From assembly GCA_017414715.1 (NCBI GenBank), contig JAFQKV010000084.1:1-44237 (forward strand): a DNA stretch of 44,237 bases. The letters are read 5' to 3'. Source of the stretch: Clostridia bacterium (GTDB taxonomy: Bacteria; Bacillota; Clostridia; Oscillospirales; QAMX01). A program made the translations under genes and the position numbers. The number at the start of each line of letters is the position of its first letter. Position 1 is the first letter of the stretch. This document shows positions 18,497-27,928 of this stretch, piece after piece. The notes under the pieces were generated by a model. It did not search any database, was not told the DNA's origin, and worked only from the letters and a program-made list of their open reading frames with translations.

Positions 18497-18634
18497 CTAC
18501 AGATTTGCGATCACTGCCACCAGCGCAGAGGCAAGGCCGCCAAGGGCAAGACCTGCAAGCACGATAATGGCAACGATACGGGTGATGAGTTTTCTGCGGG
18601 CTTCGCCGCGGGGAAGTTTTTTATGTTCGGACAT
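18497..18634 (-). CDS. 45-aa single-pass membrane protein (absent from the ORF track)
   Basis: AAGGAG RBS; MSEHKKLPRGEARRKLITRIVAIIVLAGLALGGLASALVAVIANL; stop 3 nt before the smpB start. Confidence 0.7.
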   Translation of the reverse strand: MSEHKKLPRGEARRKLITRIVAIIVLAGLALGGLASALVAVIANL

Positions 18635-18831
18635 ATGATCGACTCCTTAAGCATTCGGCAACAGATGATGCATTTGGTTTATTATAGCATACCGCTGCCC
18701 CATCTTCAATGCAAAACCCCGGATATGACAAAACATTTCCCATATTTTTCTTCGTTTTTGCCGCCGGCCTTTTATTTTTCCGCAAAATGTGCTAAAATGA
18801 TTTGATACTTTTCGAAAGGCTGTTGATCTCT

Positions 18832-19677
18832 ATGCGTTCCCCCGCCCCCCGTGCCGCCTGTATCCACGACCTGTCCTGCTTCGGACGCTGTTCACTGACC
18901 GTGGCGCTTCCTGTGCTGTCCGCCATGGGCATCTGTGCCATTCCTCTGCCCGCAGGCATTTTTTCCACCCATACCGGCGGTTTTACCGATATTGCCATTG
19001 ACGACATGACTGATTTTCTCCCCGGTGTCATCCGCCACTGGGAGTCCATTCCCCTGCGCTTTGATGCAGTATACACGGGGTTCCTTGCCTCTGCCGCCCA
19101 GTTTGATCTGGTGGAAGGATTTCTTGACCGTTTTGGCGATGGGCTGAAGCTTGTGGATCCCGTCATGGGCGATCACGGCCGCCTCTATTCCACCTATACC
19201 GAGGACATGTGCCGCCGGGCAAAGACCCTTGCCGCCCGGGCGGATATCATCACGCCCAATCTCACCGAAGCCTGTATTCTGACCGACCGCCCCTATCCCG
19301 AAAAAGATATCTCCCTTACCGAGGCCGAGATGCTGGTCCGTAAGCTCAGTGAGCTTGCACCCCGCGTCTGCATCACCGGCGTTATGCTGGATGACGGAAG
19401 CTACGGTTCCGCGGCCTTCGACCGGGAGAATAACCGTTTTGATTTCTGTGCGGTTCCTCGGCTCTCTTCCCAGATGCACGGTGCCGGCGACATTTTTGCC
19501 TCCACACTGCTGGGATATGTGCTGCAGGGCGAGGATTTTCTGTCCGCCGCCCGACGCACCATGGCCTTCCTTCGCAAGGTCTGCGCCCATACGGAAAAGA
19601 TGGGCCTCCCCACCCGGGAGGGCATGGAATTTGAGCCCTTCCTGCATGAGCTCGGTGGAGACGTGGCCGCGCTATGA
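18832..19677 (+). CDS. pdxK: Pyridoxal/pyridoxamine kinase
   Basis: HDLSCFGRCSL, STHTGG, VDPVMGD, TPNLTEA and GAGDIFAS motifs. Confidence 0.88.
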   Translation: MRSPAPRAACIHDLSCFGRCSLTVALPVLSAMGICAIPLPAGIFSTHTGGFTDIAIDDMTDFLPGVIRHWESIPLRFDAVYTGFLASAAQFDLVEGFLDRFGDGLKLVDPVMGDHGRLYSTYTEDMCRRAKTLAARADIITPNLTEACILTDRPYPEKDISLTEAEMLVRKLSELAPRVCITGVMLDDGSYGSAAFDRENNRFDFCAVPRLSSQMHGAGDIFASTLLGYVLQGEDFLSAARRTMAFLRKVCAHTEKMGLPTREGMEFEPFLHELGGDVAAL

Positions 19678-20642
19678 AGATCGGACATGTCGATATTCCG
19701 GGACACTTCGGACTTGCCCCCATGGCCGGTGTCACCGATCGGGCCTTCCGTCGCATCTGCGCCGAGCACGGTGCCTCCTACTGCGTCAGCGAAATGGTCA
19801 GCGCCAAGGCTCTGACCTATCACGATAAAAAGACGGCGCAGCTGCTGGACATCTCCGATACGCTCTGCCCCTGCGCCGTTCAGATTTTCGGCTCCGATCC
19901 GGAGACCGTGGCCGAGGGGCTGCGCATCGCCCGTGAGCTTTCCGGTGCGCCGATCATCGACATCAACATGGGCTGCCCCATGCCCAAGATCACCGGCAAC
20001 GGCGAGGGCAGCGCCCTGCTTCGGGATCCCGCCCGGGCAGAGGCCGTCTGCCGCGCCGCCGTGCGCGCCGCCGACGTTCCCGTCACAGTCAAATTCCGCA
20101 CCGGCTGGGATTCCGACTCCGTCAACTGCGTGGAGATCGCCCACCGGCTGGAGGATGCCGGTGCCTCCGCCCTATGCATCCACGGACGCACCCGGGCTCA
20201 AGGATATTCCGGCCTTGCCAACCGGGATCTCATGGCACAGGTCGTTGCCGCAGTATCGATCCCCGTGATGGTCAACGGCGATATCAATACGCCCGATGAC
20301 GGCATCTCCCTTCTGCGGGAGACCGGTGCTGAGTTTGCCATGATCGGCCGCGGTGCTCTCGGCTCTCCCTGGCTCTTTGCGGGATGCGAGGCCGCCGCCC
20401 GGGGTGAAGATATACCCGAACCGCCGGAGCTTCCTGACCGGCTTGCGGTGCTCCTGCGCCAGGCCGAGCTGACCTCGGAGGAAAAGAGCGAATACGTTGC
20501 CCTCCGGGAAATGCGCAAGCATGCCGCCTGGTATCTCAAGGGCTTCCGCGGCGCTGCCGCCTGCCGCAATTCCTGCATGAAGCTCACTTCCCTTGCGGGG
20601 CTCCGCAGGTGGATCGAGGATACGATCTCTCAACTGTCATAA
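19674..20642 (+). CDS. dusB: tRNA-dihydrouridine synthase B
   Basis: LAPMAGVTD, DINMGCP, HGRT, NGDI and MIGRG motifs. Confidence 0.93.
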   Translation: MKIGHVDIPGHFGLAPMAGVTDRAFRRICAEHGASYCVSEMVSAKALTYHDKKTAQLLDISDTLCPCAVQIFGSDPETVAEGLRIARELSGAPIIDINMGCPMPKITGNGEGSALLRDPARAEAVCRAAVRAADVPVTVKFRTGWDSDSVNCVEIAHRLEDAGASALCIHGRTRAQGYSGLANRDLMAQVVAAVSIPVMVNGDINTPDDGISLLRETGAEFAMIGRGALGSPWLFAGCEAAARGEDIPEPPELPDRLAVLLRQAELTSEEKSEYVALREMRKHAAWYLKGFRGAAACRNSCMKLTSLAGLRRWIEDTISQLS

Positions 20643-20663
20643 ATCTACGAGGAGGTCCAAAAC

Positions 20664-21785
20664 ATGTACGAAGTGGATCTTGACCGTTTCTGGAAAGACG
20701 ATGCCCGCTCCCACGGGCAGAATTGCTTTGATCCCGCCGCCCCGCAGGTCGCCATGGGCATCCACATGAGCGGAGAGTGCATTTACGCCGAGCTCGGTGT
20801 CGAGGGAAATCCCTGGCTCAATGATACGCCGAGGGACGTACTCATCGATCTGCACAAGCGGTATAATGAAAAGGCGCTGAAAATCGTCGGCCGGTCTCTT
20901 TTGCCCGAGAACTTTGCCCCCCAGGATTCAAAATTCCCGGAAACAGGCGACTTTACCACAATTTTTGAGGCCCGCAATGTCATCAAGGGCGGATCCTACT
21001 GGCTGGAAAGCGACATCCGCACCGCCGGGGATCTCTCTGCGGTGCTGGACCGCGTGGAGAAGCGGCTGCCCAATCTGCGCGATCACCTCTTCCCCGCAAA
21101 CTGGGAAAGCGAGAAAAAGCGGATTTTCGAGACCTACGGCATCCGGCCCGCCCAGCGCCGACACATCCGCGGCCCTGTGACCTTTGCCATGACCTATCTC
21201 GGGGTGGAGAATTTCATCTACATGATGATGGACGAGCCCGAGCTCGCAGAGCGCTTCCGCGACGTACTCTGCACCACCATCATCGAATGTGCACGCATTT
21301 TCGACGAGGAGGCAGGGTACACCCCGGATACTGCGCCCCACGGCTTCTCCTTTGCCGATGACGACTGTTGCCTACTCAACGAGGAGCTCTATTCCGAGTT
21401 CGGCTATCCGGTGCTGGAGAAGATCTTCAACACCTTCTCCCCCGATCCCGGTGACTATCGTTATCAGCACTCCGATTCCGCCATGGGACACCTGCTGCCG
21501 GTGCTGGCACCGTTGCATTTCACCGGTGTCAATTTCGGCCCCACCGTGATGTTTGAGGATATCCGCCGCCACATGCCCGACACCTGCGTACACGGCTGTC
21601 TTGCCCCCTTCACCTTTATGCGCAACGACGAAGAGGCCATTATCGCCGAGGTCCGCCGCGACTGCGAGGCGGCGAAGGGGACCCGCGGACTACTCCTGCG
21701 CACCGCAGGCTCCATCAACAACGGCAGCCTTCTGACCAGCATGCGCGCCGTTATGCATGCCATTCAGACCTACGGACAGTACTGA
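20664..21785 (+). CDS. Uroporphyrinogen decarboxylase/methyltransferase-fold protein (divergent)
   Basis: RGPVTFA...GVENF, ADDDCC, NFGP and HGCLAP; UroD/MtaA TIM-barrel pattern. Confidence 0.7.
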   Translation: MYEVDLDRFWKDDARSHGQNCFDPAAPQVAMGIHMSGECIYAELGVEGNPWLNDTPRDVLIDLHKRYNEKALKIVGRSLLPENFAPQDSKFPETGDFTTIFEARNVIKGGSYWLESDIRTAGDLSAVLDRVEKRLPNLRDHLFPANWESEKKRIFETYGIRPAQRRHIRGPVTFAMTYLGVENFIYMMMDEPELAERFRDVLCTTIIECARIFDEEAGYTPDTAPHGFSFADDDCCLLNEELYSEFGYPVLEKIFNTFSPDPGDYRYQHSDSAMGHLLPVLAPLHFTGVNFGPTVMFEDIRRHMPDTCVHGCLAPFTFMRNDEEAIIAEVRRDCEAAKGTRGLLLRTAGSINNGSLLTSMRAVMHAIQTYGQY

Positions 21786-21852
21786 TTTCTGCGAGTTTCA
21801 CAATAATCAGCCAAAATCTGCCCCTTTTTTTGAATAAGTTGTAAATTTTCTA

Positions 21853-21881
21853 TTGACATACCTTTACGGATAAACTATAAT
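21853..21881 (+). promoter_or_regulatory. Consensus sigma-A promoter for the sigma factor gene
   Basis: TTGACA-17nt-TATAAT. Confidence 0.85.
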
Positions 21882-21918
21882 AGTTTTGTTCGTATAATTT
21901 CCGGAATGGATCTATGGA

Positions 21919-22536
21919 ATGGACGGAATTTTGACAGATCGGGAATTACTTCTGCTGGCCCGATCCGGTGATGCCCAAAGTGAGGAGCTTCTCATCGGTC
22001 GTTATGCCAGAAATGTGCGGGCTGTGGCCCGTGCCTTTTCCCTCGCGGGATGGGATGTGGAGGACTTTATTCAGGAGGGTATGCTTGCCCTTGTCCGTGC
22101 AATTCACTCCTATGCCCCTGACGGAGGTGCTTCCTTTTCGTCATACGTTGATGTTTGCGTCCGCCGTCAGCTGCTCAATGCCGTTGCCCGTGCAAACAAC
22201 AACAAGAACATCCTCCTGACCGATTACGTCTCCTACGATGCGCCCGTTCCCGGCGGCGACGGAACGCTTTCCCTTGGTGACACGCTGGTTGATGAACGCT
22301 TCTCCGCAGTTGAGGATGCGGTCATCGCGCGGGATCATGCAAACCGCCTGCTTTCCGAGCTATACGATCTTCTGTCCAATTTGGAAAAGCGTGTGCTTGT
22401 ACCGTATCTCGCCGGTATCTCCGTTTCCGAGATCGCGGACACCCTGATGCTTCCTGCCAAAAGCGTGGACAATGCCATCACGCGCATTCGCCGCAAAGCG
22501 ATGTCCCTTCCCCATCCCGGCGACAACAGGCCCTGA
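21919..22536 (+). CDS. sigH: RNA polymerase sigma factor, SigH-like
   Basis: EDFIQEGMLAL region 2; LSNLEKRV and KSVDNAITRIRRK region 4. Confidence 0.75.
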   Translation: MDGILTDRELLLLARSGDAQSEELLIGRYARNVRAVARAFSLAGWDVEDFIQEGMLALVRAIHSYAPDGGASFSSYVDVCVRRQLLNAVARANNNKNILLTDYVSYDAPVPGGDGTLSLGDTLVDERFSAVEDAVIARDHANRLLSELYDLLSNLEKRVLVPYLAGISVSEIADTLMLPAKSVDNAITRIRRKAMSLPHPGDNRP

Positions 22537-22636
22537 GCCTGTCGCAATATTTATTTACTGCCCGACAAAGAGTTCTCCACAGCGCGAAAGTGTTCTGGGC
22601 CCGAACATTTGGGGCAAAAGAGAGAGGTATTTACCA

Positions 22637-22921
22637 ATGTACGAAGACAAGACCCTGAAGTGCAAAGAGTGCGGCAACGAGTTCGTGTTCACCGCCGGTG
22701 AGCAGGAATTCTACGCAGAGCGTGGCTTCCAGAACGAGCCCCAGCGTTGCAAGGACTGCCGCAACGCCCGCAAGAACGCTGCCCGCGGCCCCAGAGAGTA
22801 TTTCACCGCTACCTGCGCTGCCTGCGGCAAGGAGGCGAAGGTTCCCTTCAATCCCAAGTCCGACCGTCCCGTTTACTGCAGCGAGTGCTTCGCCAAGATG
22901 CGCGAGGAGCAGCAGGACTAA
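22637..22921 (+). CDS. Zinc-ribbon / CxxC-x17-CxxC domain protein
   Basis: DKTLKCKECG...EQEFY...RCKDCR and CAACG...PVYCSECF; strongly biased codon use. Confidence 0.9.
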   Translation: MYEDKTLKCKECGNEFVFTAGEQEFYAERGFQNEPQRCKDCRNARKNAARGPREYFTATCAACGKEAKVPFNPKSDRPVYCSECFAKMREEQQD

Positions 22922-22938
22922 TTCTTTGTTCAATTCGT

Positions 22939-22976
22939 AAAAAAGGGTACATTCCTTTTGGAATGTACCTTTTTTT
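22939..22976 (+). terminator. Intrinsic terminator
   Basis: aaaaaagggtacattcc-tttt-ggaatgtaccttttttt. Confidence 0.9.
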
Positions 22977-23071
22977 GTCTTTTACCCGTTGCACATCGGC
23001 GCGTTTCGGGGTATACTATAAGCAGATCAATTTTTCCGGCTTTTGCAGCCGGGTGAGGAACGGATAAAACT

Positions 23072-23767
23072 ATGGAATTCTTTGCAAACGAAAACAAGCA
23101 GGTCAACATCACCGCCTCCACCGGCGAATATGCCCGCTGCGCCATCAAGACCCATTTCGTCCAGCTTGGTGAAAATTACTGCGACCTGGTCCGCCAGTAC
23201 GTGCTTCCCATCTGGCAGGAGGGTGACATTCTCTCCATCAGCGAGAAGATCGTTTCCCTTTGTCAGAAGCGCGTGGTGTATAAAAAGGATATGAAGCTCT
23301 CCCGCCTTGCCAAGTTCCTTTCCCGCTTTGCCTCCCACAGCGAGGCCGGCATCGGTGTGGACAGTGTCTGGAAGATGCAGTTTGCCATCGATCACTGCGG
23401 TGCGCTGAAGATCATCTTCGCCTCCATTGCCGCCGGTTTCGGCAAGCTTTTCGGCAAGCGCGGCGTTTTCTATGATATCGCCGGCATTGAGGTCCGCGGT
23501 CTTGACGGCTTCTATGACCATTGCTTTGCCGAATACGGCGAGTACGGCATCCGCCTGCCGGAGAACCCCTCCGCCGTGTGTGATGAGATTGAGCGCGAGA
23601 CCGGCGTGGCCTGCATGATCGTGGATGCCAACGACTTCACCCGCGACATCCTCGGCAAGTCCTCTTCTCTGTCCTACACCGATGAGGAGCTTGCCGACAT
23701 GATCCGCGACAACCCCGCCGGTCAGTCCACCCAGCTCACCCCCATGGTGCTCATCCGCAAGATCTGA
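23072..23767 (+). CDS. F420-0:gamma-glutamyl ligase (CofE)-like protein
   Basis: IKTH, ISEKIVS, IVDAND and DNPAGQ..Q.TP motifs. Confidence 0.75.
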   Translation: MEFFANENKQVNITASTGEYARCAIKTHFVQLGENYCDLVRQYVLPIWQEGDILSISEKIVSLCQKRVVYKKDMKLSRLAKFLSRFASHSEAGIGVDSVWKMQFAIDHCGALKIIFASIAAGFGKLFGKRGVFYDIAGIEVRGLDGFYDHCFAEYGEYGIRLPENPSAVCDEIERETGVACMIVDANDFTRDILGKSSSLSYTDEELADMIRDNPAGQSTQLTPMVLIRKI

Positions 23768-23786
23768 CATTTCATTGCAAATACCA

Positions 23787-23825
23787 GCCGGGAGCAGCCG
23801 AATATCGGCCGCTCCCGGTTTTTTT
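23787..23825 (+). terminator. Intrinsic terminator
   Basis: gccgggagc...gctcccggt followed by a T run. Confidence 0.8.
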
Positions 23826-23829
23826 GTTT

Positions 23830-24669
23830 TTAATTCTTTTCAAATCCGATAAGCATGCCGCCCCGTTCTGCATAGAAGCTGCAAAGACCTCTGCACCGGG
23901 AGATTTGGATATCCGCCGCCGGCCAAAGCTCCTTGAGCATTGCCTGCAGCGTCTCTGCGGCCGGCAGATTACCCGCATGCGCAATGCGGAGCTTTCCGCC
24001 CGTGCATCCAAACTCCTGCATGACCCGCCGGAGGGTCTCCAGCGCTCTGCGCTCCCCTCTGCATTTTTCCAGCGGCTCCAGGGTTCCCCGGTCGCTGGCC
24101 TTACCCACCAGCCGCAGTCCAAGCAGTCCCGCAGCCTTTGCCGCCAGAGGACTTACGCGGCCGTTATTGGCAAGATTTTTCAGCGACTCCAGCATGAACA
24201 CCAGGCCGGTGTTATGTTTTCTGTATTCCTCGATCTTCTCGCAGATCTCCTCAAATTCACAGCCGGCCTCAACCATCTCTGCAATTTTTTCAACGATCAG
24301 CCGGAGCTCCGGCCCCGCCGACAGAGAGTCGATCACGCAAACCCGGCGGTCGGGATGCAGCTCCTCATAATCTCTTTTTGCGATTTTTGCCGCATTGCAG
24401 CTGCCGGAAAGCGAGCTTGTGATGGCAACGCAGAACACCCGTTCCACATCCCCGAAGGCTGCCAGCCAGTCTGCCGGAGACGGGCAGGCGGTGGAGGACT
24501 TTCCCTTATACGCATCCAAATTCTTTATCATTCCCTCGACATCCAGGTCGGCATCGTCAACATACTCCCGCTCCGCCGTAATGATCTTCAGCGGAACGGA
24601 GGTAAAGGAAATTCCGTCAAGGGTGAGCATATCTGCGGAGGAATCCGCAACGATTTTTACAGAAAGCAT
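23830..24669 (-). CDS. DegV family fatty-acid-binding protein
   Basis: IVADSSAD, STACPS, ITSSLSGS, DSLSAG and NGRVS motifs. Confidence 0.92.
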   Translation of the reverse strand: MLSVKIVADSSADMLTLDGISFTSVPLKIITAEREYVDDADLDVEGMIKNLDAYKGKSSTACPSPADWLAAFGDVERVFCVAITSSLSGSCNAAKIAKRDYEELHPDRRVCVIDSLSAGPELRLIVEKIAEMVEAGCEFEEICEKIEEYRKHNTGLVFMLESLKNLANNGRVSPLAAKAAGLLGLRLVGKASDRGTLEPLEKCRGERRALETLRRVMQEFGCTGGKLRIAHAGNLPAAETLQAMLKELWPAADIQISRCRGLCSFYAERGGMLIGFEKN

Positions 24670-24687
24670 ATTTATCTCCTTTAATGA

Positions 24688-25359
24688 TTACAGAATATAT
24701 ACCGCCACAGCAATAAACTGTGTAATGCTTCCAGCAAGCACAAAGATGTGGAACACCGCGTGAGCATAGGAAAGCCGCCGGCCAAGCCCGTAAAACACCG
24801 CGCCGACCGTATAGGAAACTCCGCCGATCAGCAGCCACAGAAGCGCCTCCGGCCGGAGTGCAGCCAGTGCGATTTTTCCGGCAAACAGGATACACCAGCC
24901 CATACCCAGATAGCAGCACATGGAAAGCACCGCATATTTTTTCAGATCAATGGCAGTGAATACCGTACCGAGAGCAGCGCAGCCCCATACAAGCCCAAAC
25001 ATCGTCCACGCCCAGCCGGGGTTACATATCCGCATGGGACAAAGCAGGATGGGCGTATATGTTCCTGCGATCAAAAAGTAGATGGTGCAATGGTCCATTA
25101 CCTGCATGACCTTTTTCCCCATACCCGGACGCAGGCCGTGATAGATGCTGGACATGGTATACAGGGTCACGAGGGATACCCCGTATATCGCCCCGCTGAC
25201 AATGCCCCACACGTTTCCGCGCAAAGCGGCTATGAGCACACAAAGGCACAGCGCCGCGATGCCAAAGCCGCCGCCGACGATATGTGTGACCGTATTCATA
25301 CATTCTTCTCCCCGACTGTATGCGGGAAGACTTCTGGCTGCCAGGGGTGTTCTTTGCAT
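24688..25359 (-). CDS. PAQR/hemolysin III family membrane protein
   Basis: EECMNTVTH, SSIYH, DHCTIYFLIAGTYTP and HAVFHIFV motifs. Confidence 0.92.
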   Translation of the reverse strand: MQRTPLAARSLPAYSRGEECMNTVTHIVGGGFGIAALCLCVLIAALRGNVWGIVSGAIYGVSLVTLYTMSSIYHGLRPGMGKKVMQVMDHCTIYFLIAGTYTPILLCPMRICNPGWAWTMFGLVWGCAALGTVFTAIDLKKYAVLSMCCYLGMGWCILFAGKIALAALRPEALLWLLIGGVSYTVGAVFYGLGRRLSYAHAVFHIFVLAGSITQFIAVAVYIL

Positions 25360-25464
25360 TTTCTTCCTCTCTTATCCTGTTCGTATCGGTGCTTACAGTA
25401 TACCCTGTTGGTTGCCGCATGGACAGGTATTCCCTTCCTATTTTTACTCTAATACAGAAATAGA

Positions 25465-25488
25465 GCCCTCTACCGGCCGGTAGAGGGC
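25465..25488. terminator. Hairpin, probable terminator after the nuclease gene
   Basis: gccctctaccg/cggtagagggc palindrome flanked by A/T runs. Confidence 0.65.
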
Positions 25489-25503
25489 ATCTTTTTTGCA
25501 TAT

Positions 25504-26400
25504 TCAGGGTTCGCAGGTACCGCAGGGAGAATACCCCATTGCGATAAGTTCCGAACGTGTCCCCTGAAACAAACCGCGATTTTCTTCTTTTATGGCGGAT
25601 GCACCGGGGCAGGTCGGCAGGTGGAATTTTTTGGAGGACGTGTTGAGTACATAATGCATGGAAGACAGCGACCCGGATGCAGGTGTCGGTGTCGGTGCGA
25701 GGGTACTGTTGCCAGTGGAATAATCGATGGTTACTCCGGGCTGCACGTTGTAGACGTAAACGTTGAAGCAAACGGCATCTCCTCCATCTTCCACGGACAT
25801 CGCCTCCATCTGCACGCCGCGGGCCACGAGCTCAGTTCCGCGGAAGATCGGAGTCACTCGGTAGCGCACGTGATTTCCCGTTTCACGGACATAGTCGGCC
25901 ACCATGTTTTCAAAGGGCAGCATACCGTCCACATTCATATAGCGGGTCCCCGTGATAAGATTTGATGTGTTGGCGTTTTCGCCGGTCAGCTGATAGCCGA
26001 TGAGATGGCAGCGATTGTAAAGATATTTTCCGTCGACAAAATCGTATTTTGCCATCACCCAGCCGGAGGGCTTGACCTGACCGATGTTGCCGCGCTCCTC
26101 CGTGGGCAGCGTTTCGGGACCCACCAGCGCTTCCGTCACACCGCAGCGGCCGAAAAGATCCAGCGGTGCATAGTATTCATACCCCGCCGGCAGATTTCTG
26201 CCCTCGGTAAAGTCCGGCACGTTGCCGCGAATGGCGACGTACGGCACTCCCGAATAGTCCGGCGCTGCTTCCGGAGACACAATATAATTCGGATCCGCAG
26301 GTGATGAGGCAGGGCTCTCCGACGGTTCCGCCGGCAGAAGACAGCCGGAAAGCAGGAAACACAGCGCAAGGAAAAGACTTAAAAGGCGAAATTTCTTCAT
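25504..26400 (-). CDS. Lipoprotein DNA/RNA non-specific endonuclease with C-terminal Ada-like metal-binding domain
   Basis: Lipobox LSGC; YNRCHLIGYQLTGEN and NLITGTRYMN; C-terminal KKFHLPTC...PCGTCEP. Confidence 0.88.
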   Translation of the reverse strand: MKKFRLLSLFLALCFLLSGCLLPAEPSESPASSPADPNYIVSPEAAPDYSGVPYVAIRGNVPDFTEGRNLPAGYEYYAPLDLFGRCGVTEALVGPETLPTEERGNIGQVKPSGWVMAKYDFVDGKYLYNRCHLIGYQLTGENANTSNLITGTRYMNVDGMLPFENMVADYVRETGNHVRYRVTPIFRGTELVARGVQMEAMSVEDGGDAVCFNVYVYNVQPGVTIDYSTGNSTLAPTPTPASGSLSSMHYVLNTSSKKFHLPTCPGASAIKEENRGLFQGTRSELIAMGYSPCGTCEP

Positions 26401-26801
26401 GCGTATACCTCCTCGGTCATTTCCGGATGGGAGGATCCGGCAAACCCGCGCTTTGAGATCATACATTTCCCCGCAGTATATGCAGCAACAGGTGCATGTT
26501 CATCCGCCGGATAAGCTCTTCCCCAGCGATAGATGACAAGCCGCTCCACTGCCGCAGGGGGAGGCAGATCCTTTTCCCGTTCGATAAATACATACGCGCC
26601 GCAAGGCACTTTTGCAGCAGAATCTGTCAGCTCCGCATTCGGCGGAAGCTCCCCAAAAAGCGCAGCCGCGGCTGAGGTCAGAAACAGCTTCTTCTCTCCA
26701 ACCGTTGCAAGCATTTCCGCCCGCTGAACAGCATCCCGGCTTTGTCTGCGGCCGTTGAATGCCATCCCGTTTTGGTTATCAAGACACAGTATCAGATGCA
26801 T
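26397..26801 (-). CDS. Conserved hypothetical protein (DHFR-like N-terminus)
   Basis: ILCLDNQNGMAFNGRRQSRD, IYRW.RAYPAD and FAGSSH motifs; ATGA overlap with the nuclease gene. Confidence 0.7.
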   Translation of the reverse strand: MHLILCLDNQNGMAFNGRRQSRDAVQRAEMLATVGEKKLFLTSAAAALFGELPPNAELTDSAAKVPCGAYVFIEREKDLPPPAAVERLVIYRWGRAYPADEHAPVAAYTAGKCMISKRGFAGSSHPEMTEEVYA

Positions 26802-26806
26802 CGCTC

Positions 26807-27928
26807 TTATTCGGGAATGTGCGGAAAGAGCGGCAGCACCGACTTCATCAGCGCCTCTGCCCACTTTTTGCAGCCTTCCGCATTCGGATGTCCGCCGTAT
26901 CCGGGACGTTCAGGCTCCTCCTCGCTCTTGCGAAGCAACGGAACGTCGTCAAAAACAGCATCTGCCTCTGCGGAAAGCTCCTCCATAATGTATCGGTTGA
27001 CCTCGATCCAATCCGCCTTCATCTGATCCTTATAATCAAAAGGCGGCAGGGTCTGCACAATCACTCTCTTCCCTGCTTTTTTGAGTTCCCGCACGACAAT
27101 GCCGAGGTCCCGCTTGATCTCCGCCGCCGTCTGTCCCTGATAAAGGTCATTGACACCGAAGCAGACGAAAACGGTGTCGTTCTGCATAACTTTGTAGAAC
27201 CATGCACCGCGGGCCGCCGCATCGTTTCCGCGGGCAAAGCCGATACCGAGGTTCCAGCAGGCACGCCGCTCACCGAGCATACGGGAAATATGCGCATTCC
27301 AGTGCAGATACGAGTTGCAGGCAGGTCCGATACCCTGGGTAACGGAATCTCCAAAGAAGCCGACACGCTCTCCCACCGGGCGGTCACATCCCACCATACC
27401 GGGCAGGGGCATGCGCATATCATAGCGGAAGCCTTCGCCGCCGTCCACATAAACGGGCAGCCTGCACTCGGGATGGAAGGGCAGCATCTCGCCCTCATAT
27501 TCCATCTCAAGGCAAAGATACTCAAGCCGGGCAAAACAAAGCTCTACGGGGTCGGAGGTAAAAAACTCGCCGGGGGCAACGCGCTTTTCCCTTGCGCCGT
27601 CAAAGGTCAGCTCCGCAAGCCAATCGATACGGATATCTTTATCCATTTCGAGCTTACCGAGCTCCCGGTCGGCAGGGATGTTGCGGCAAAGGCCGACACG
27701 GGCGGCACGGATATGCCACGGCCGACAGATCAGATCCTTGTGGCTGTGCTCACCGGTGTAATAGGTGGAGTCGATAACGTTGGAAAACAAAAGAGAGTAA
27801 TTGTACTTTCCGCCGACTTCGATCCGATAAAACACGCGGCCGCACAGGGACCTCCCTTCCGTGGAAAAATGGGACTGGTTGCCGCTGCCTCCAATGGTAT
27901 TGGAGGAAAACTTCTTGAAATAATCCAT
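26807..27928 (-). CDS. SGNH/GDSL hydrolase
   Basis: GDSVTQG, GVND and GGHPN blocks. Confidence 0.85.
   Translation of the reverse strand: MDYFKKFSSNTIGGSGNQSHFSTEGRSLCGRVFYRIEVGGKYNYSLLFSNVIDSTYYTGEHSHKDLICRPWHIRAARVGLCRNIPADRELGKLEMDKDIRIDWLAELTFDGAREKRVAPGEFFTSDPVELCFARLEYLCLEMEYEGEMLPFHPECRLPVYVDGGEGFRYDMRMPLPGMVGCDRPVGERVGFFGDSVTQGIGPACNSYLHWNAHISRMLGERRACWNLGIGFARGNDAAARGAWFYKVMQNDTVFVCFGVNDLYQGQTAAEIKRDLGIVVRELKKAGKRVIVQTLPPFDYKDQMKADWIEVNRYIMEELSAEADAVFDDVPLLRKSEEEPERPGYGGHPNAEGCKKWAEALMKSVLPLFPHIPE

Noticed and set aside
18497-18634. secG upstream of smpB
   Set aside because: Too short, only one TM helix and no SecG motif.
17900-18830. tmRNA (ssrA) near smpB
   Set aside because: No tRNA-like GGGG...CCA ends, and no intergenic space of sufficient length.
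25680-25700. Short tandem repeat ggtgtc ggtgtc ggtg
   Set aside because: Encodes a Pro-Thr linker in the nuclease; too short to be a contingency locus.
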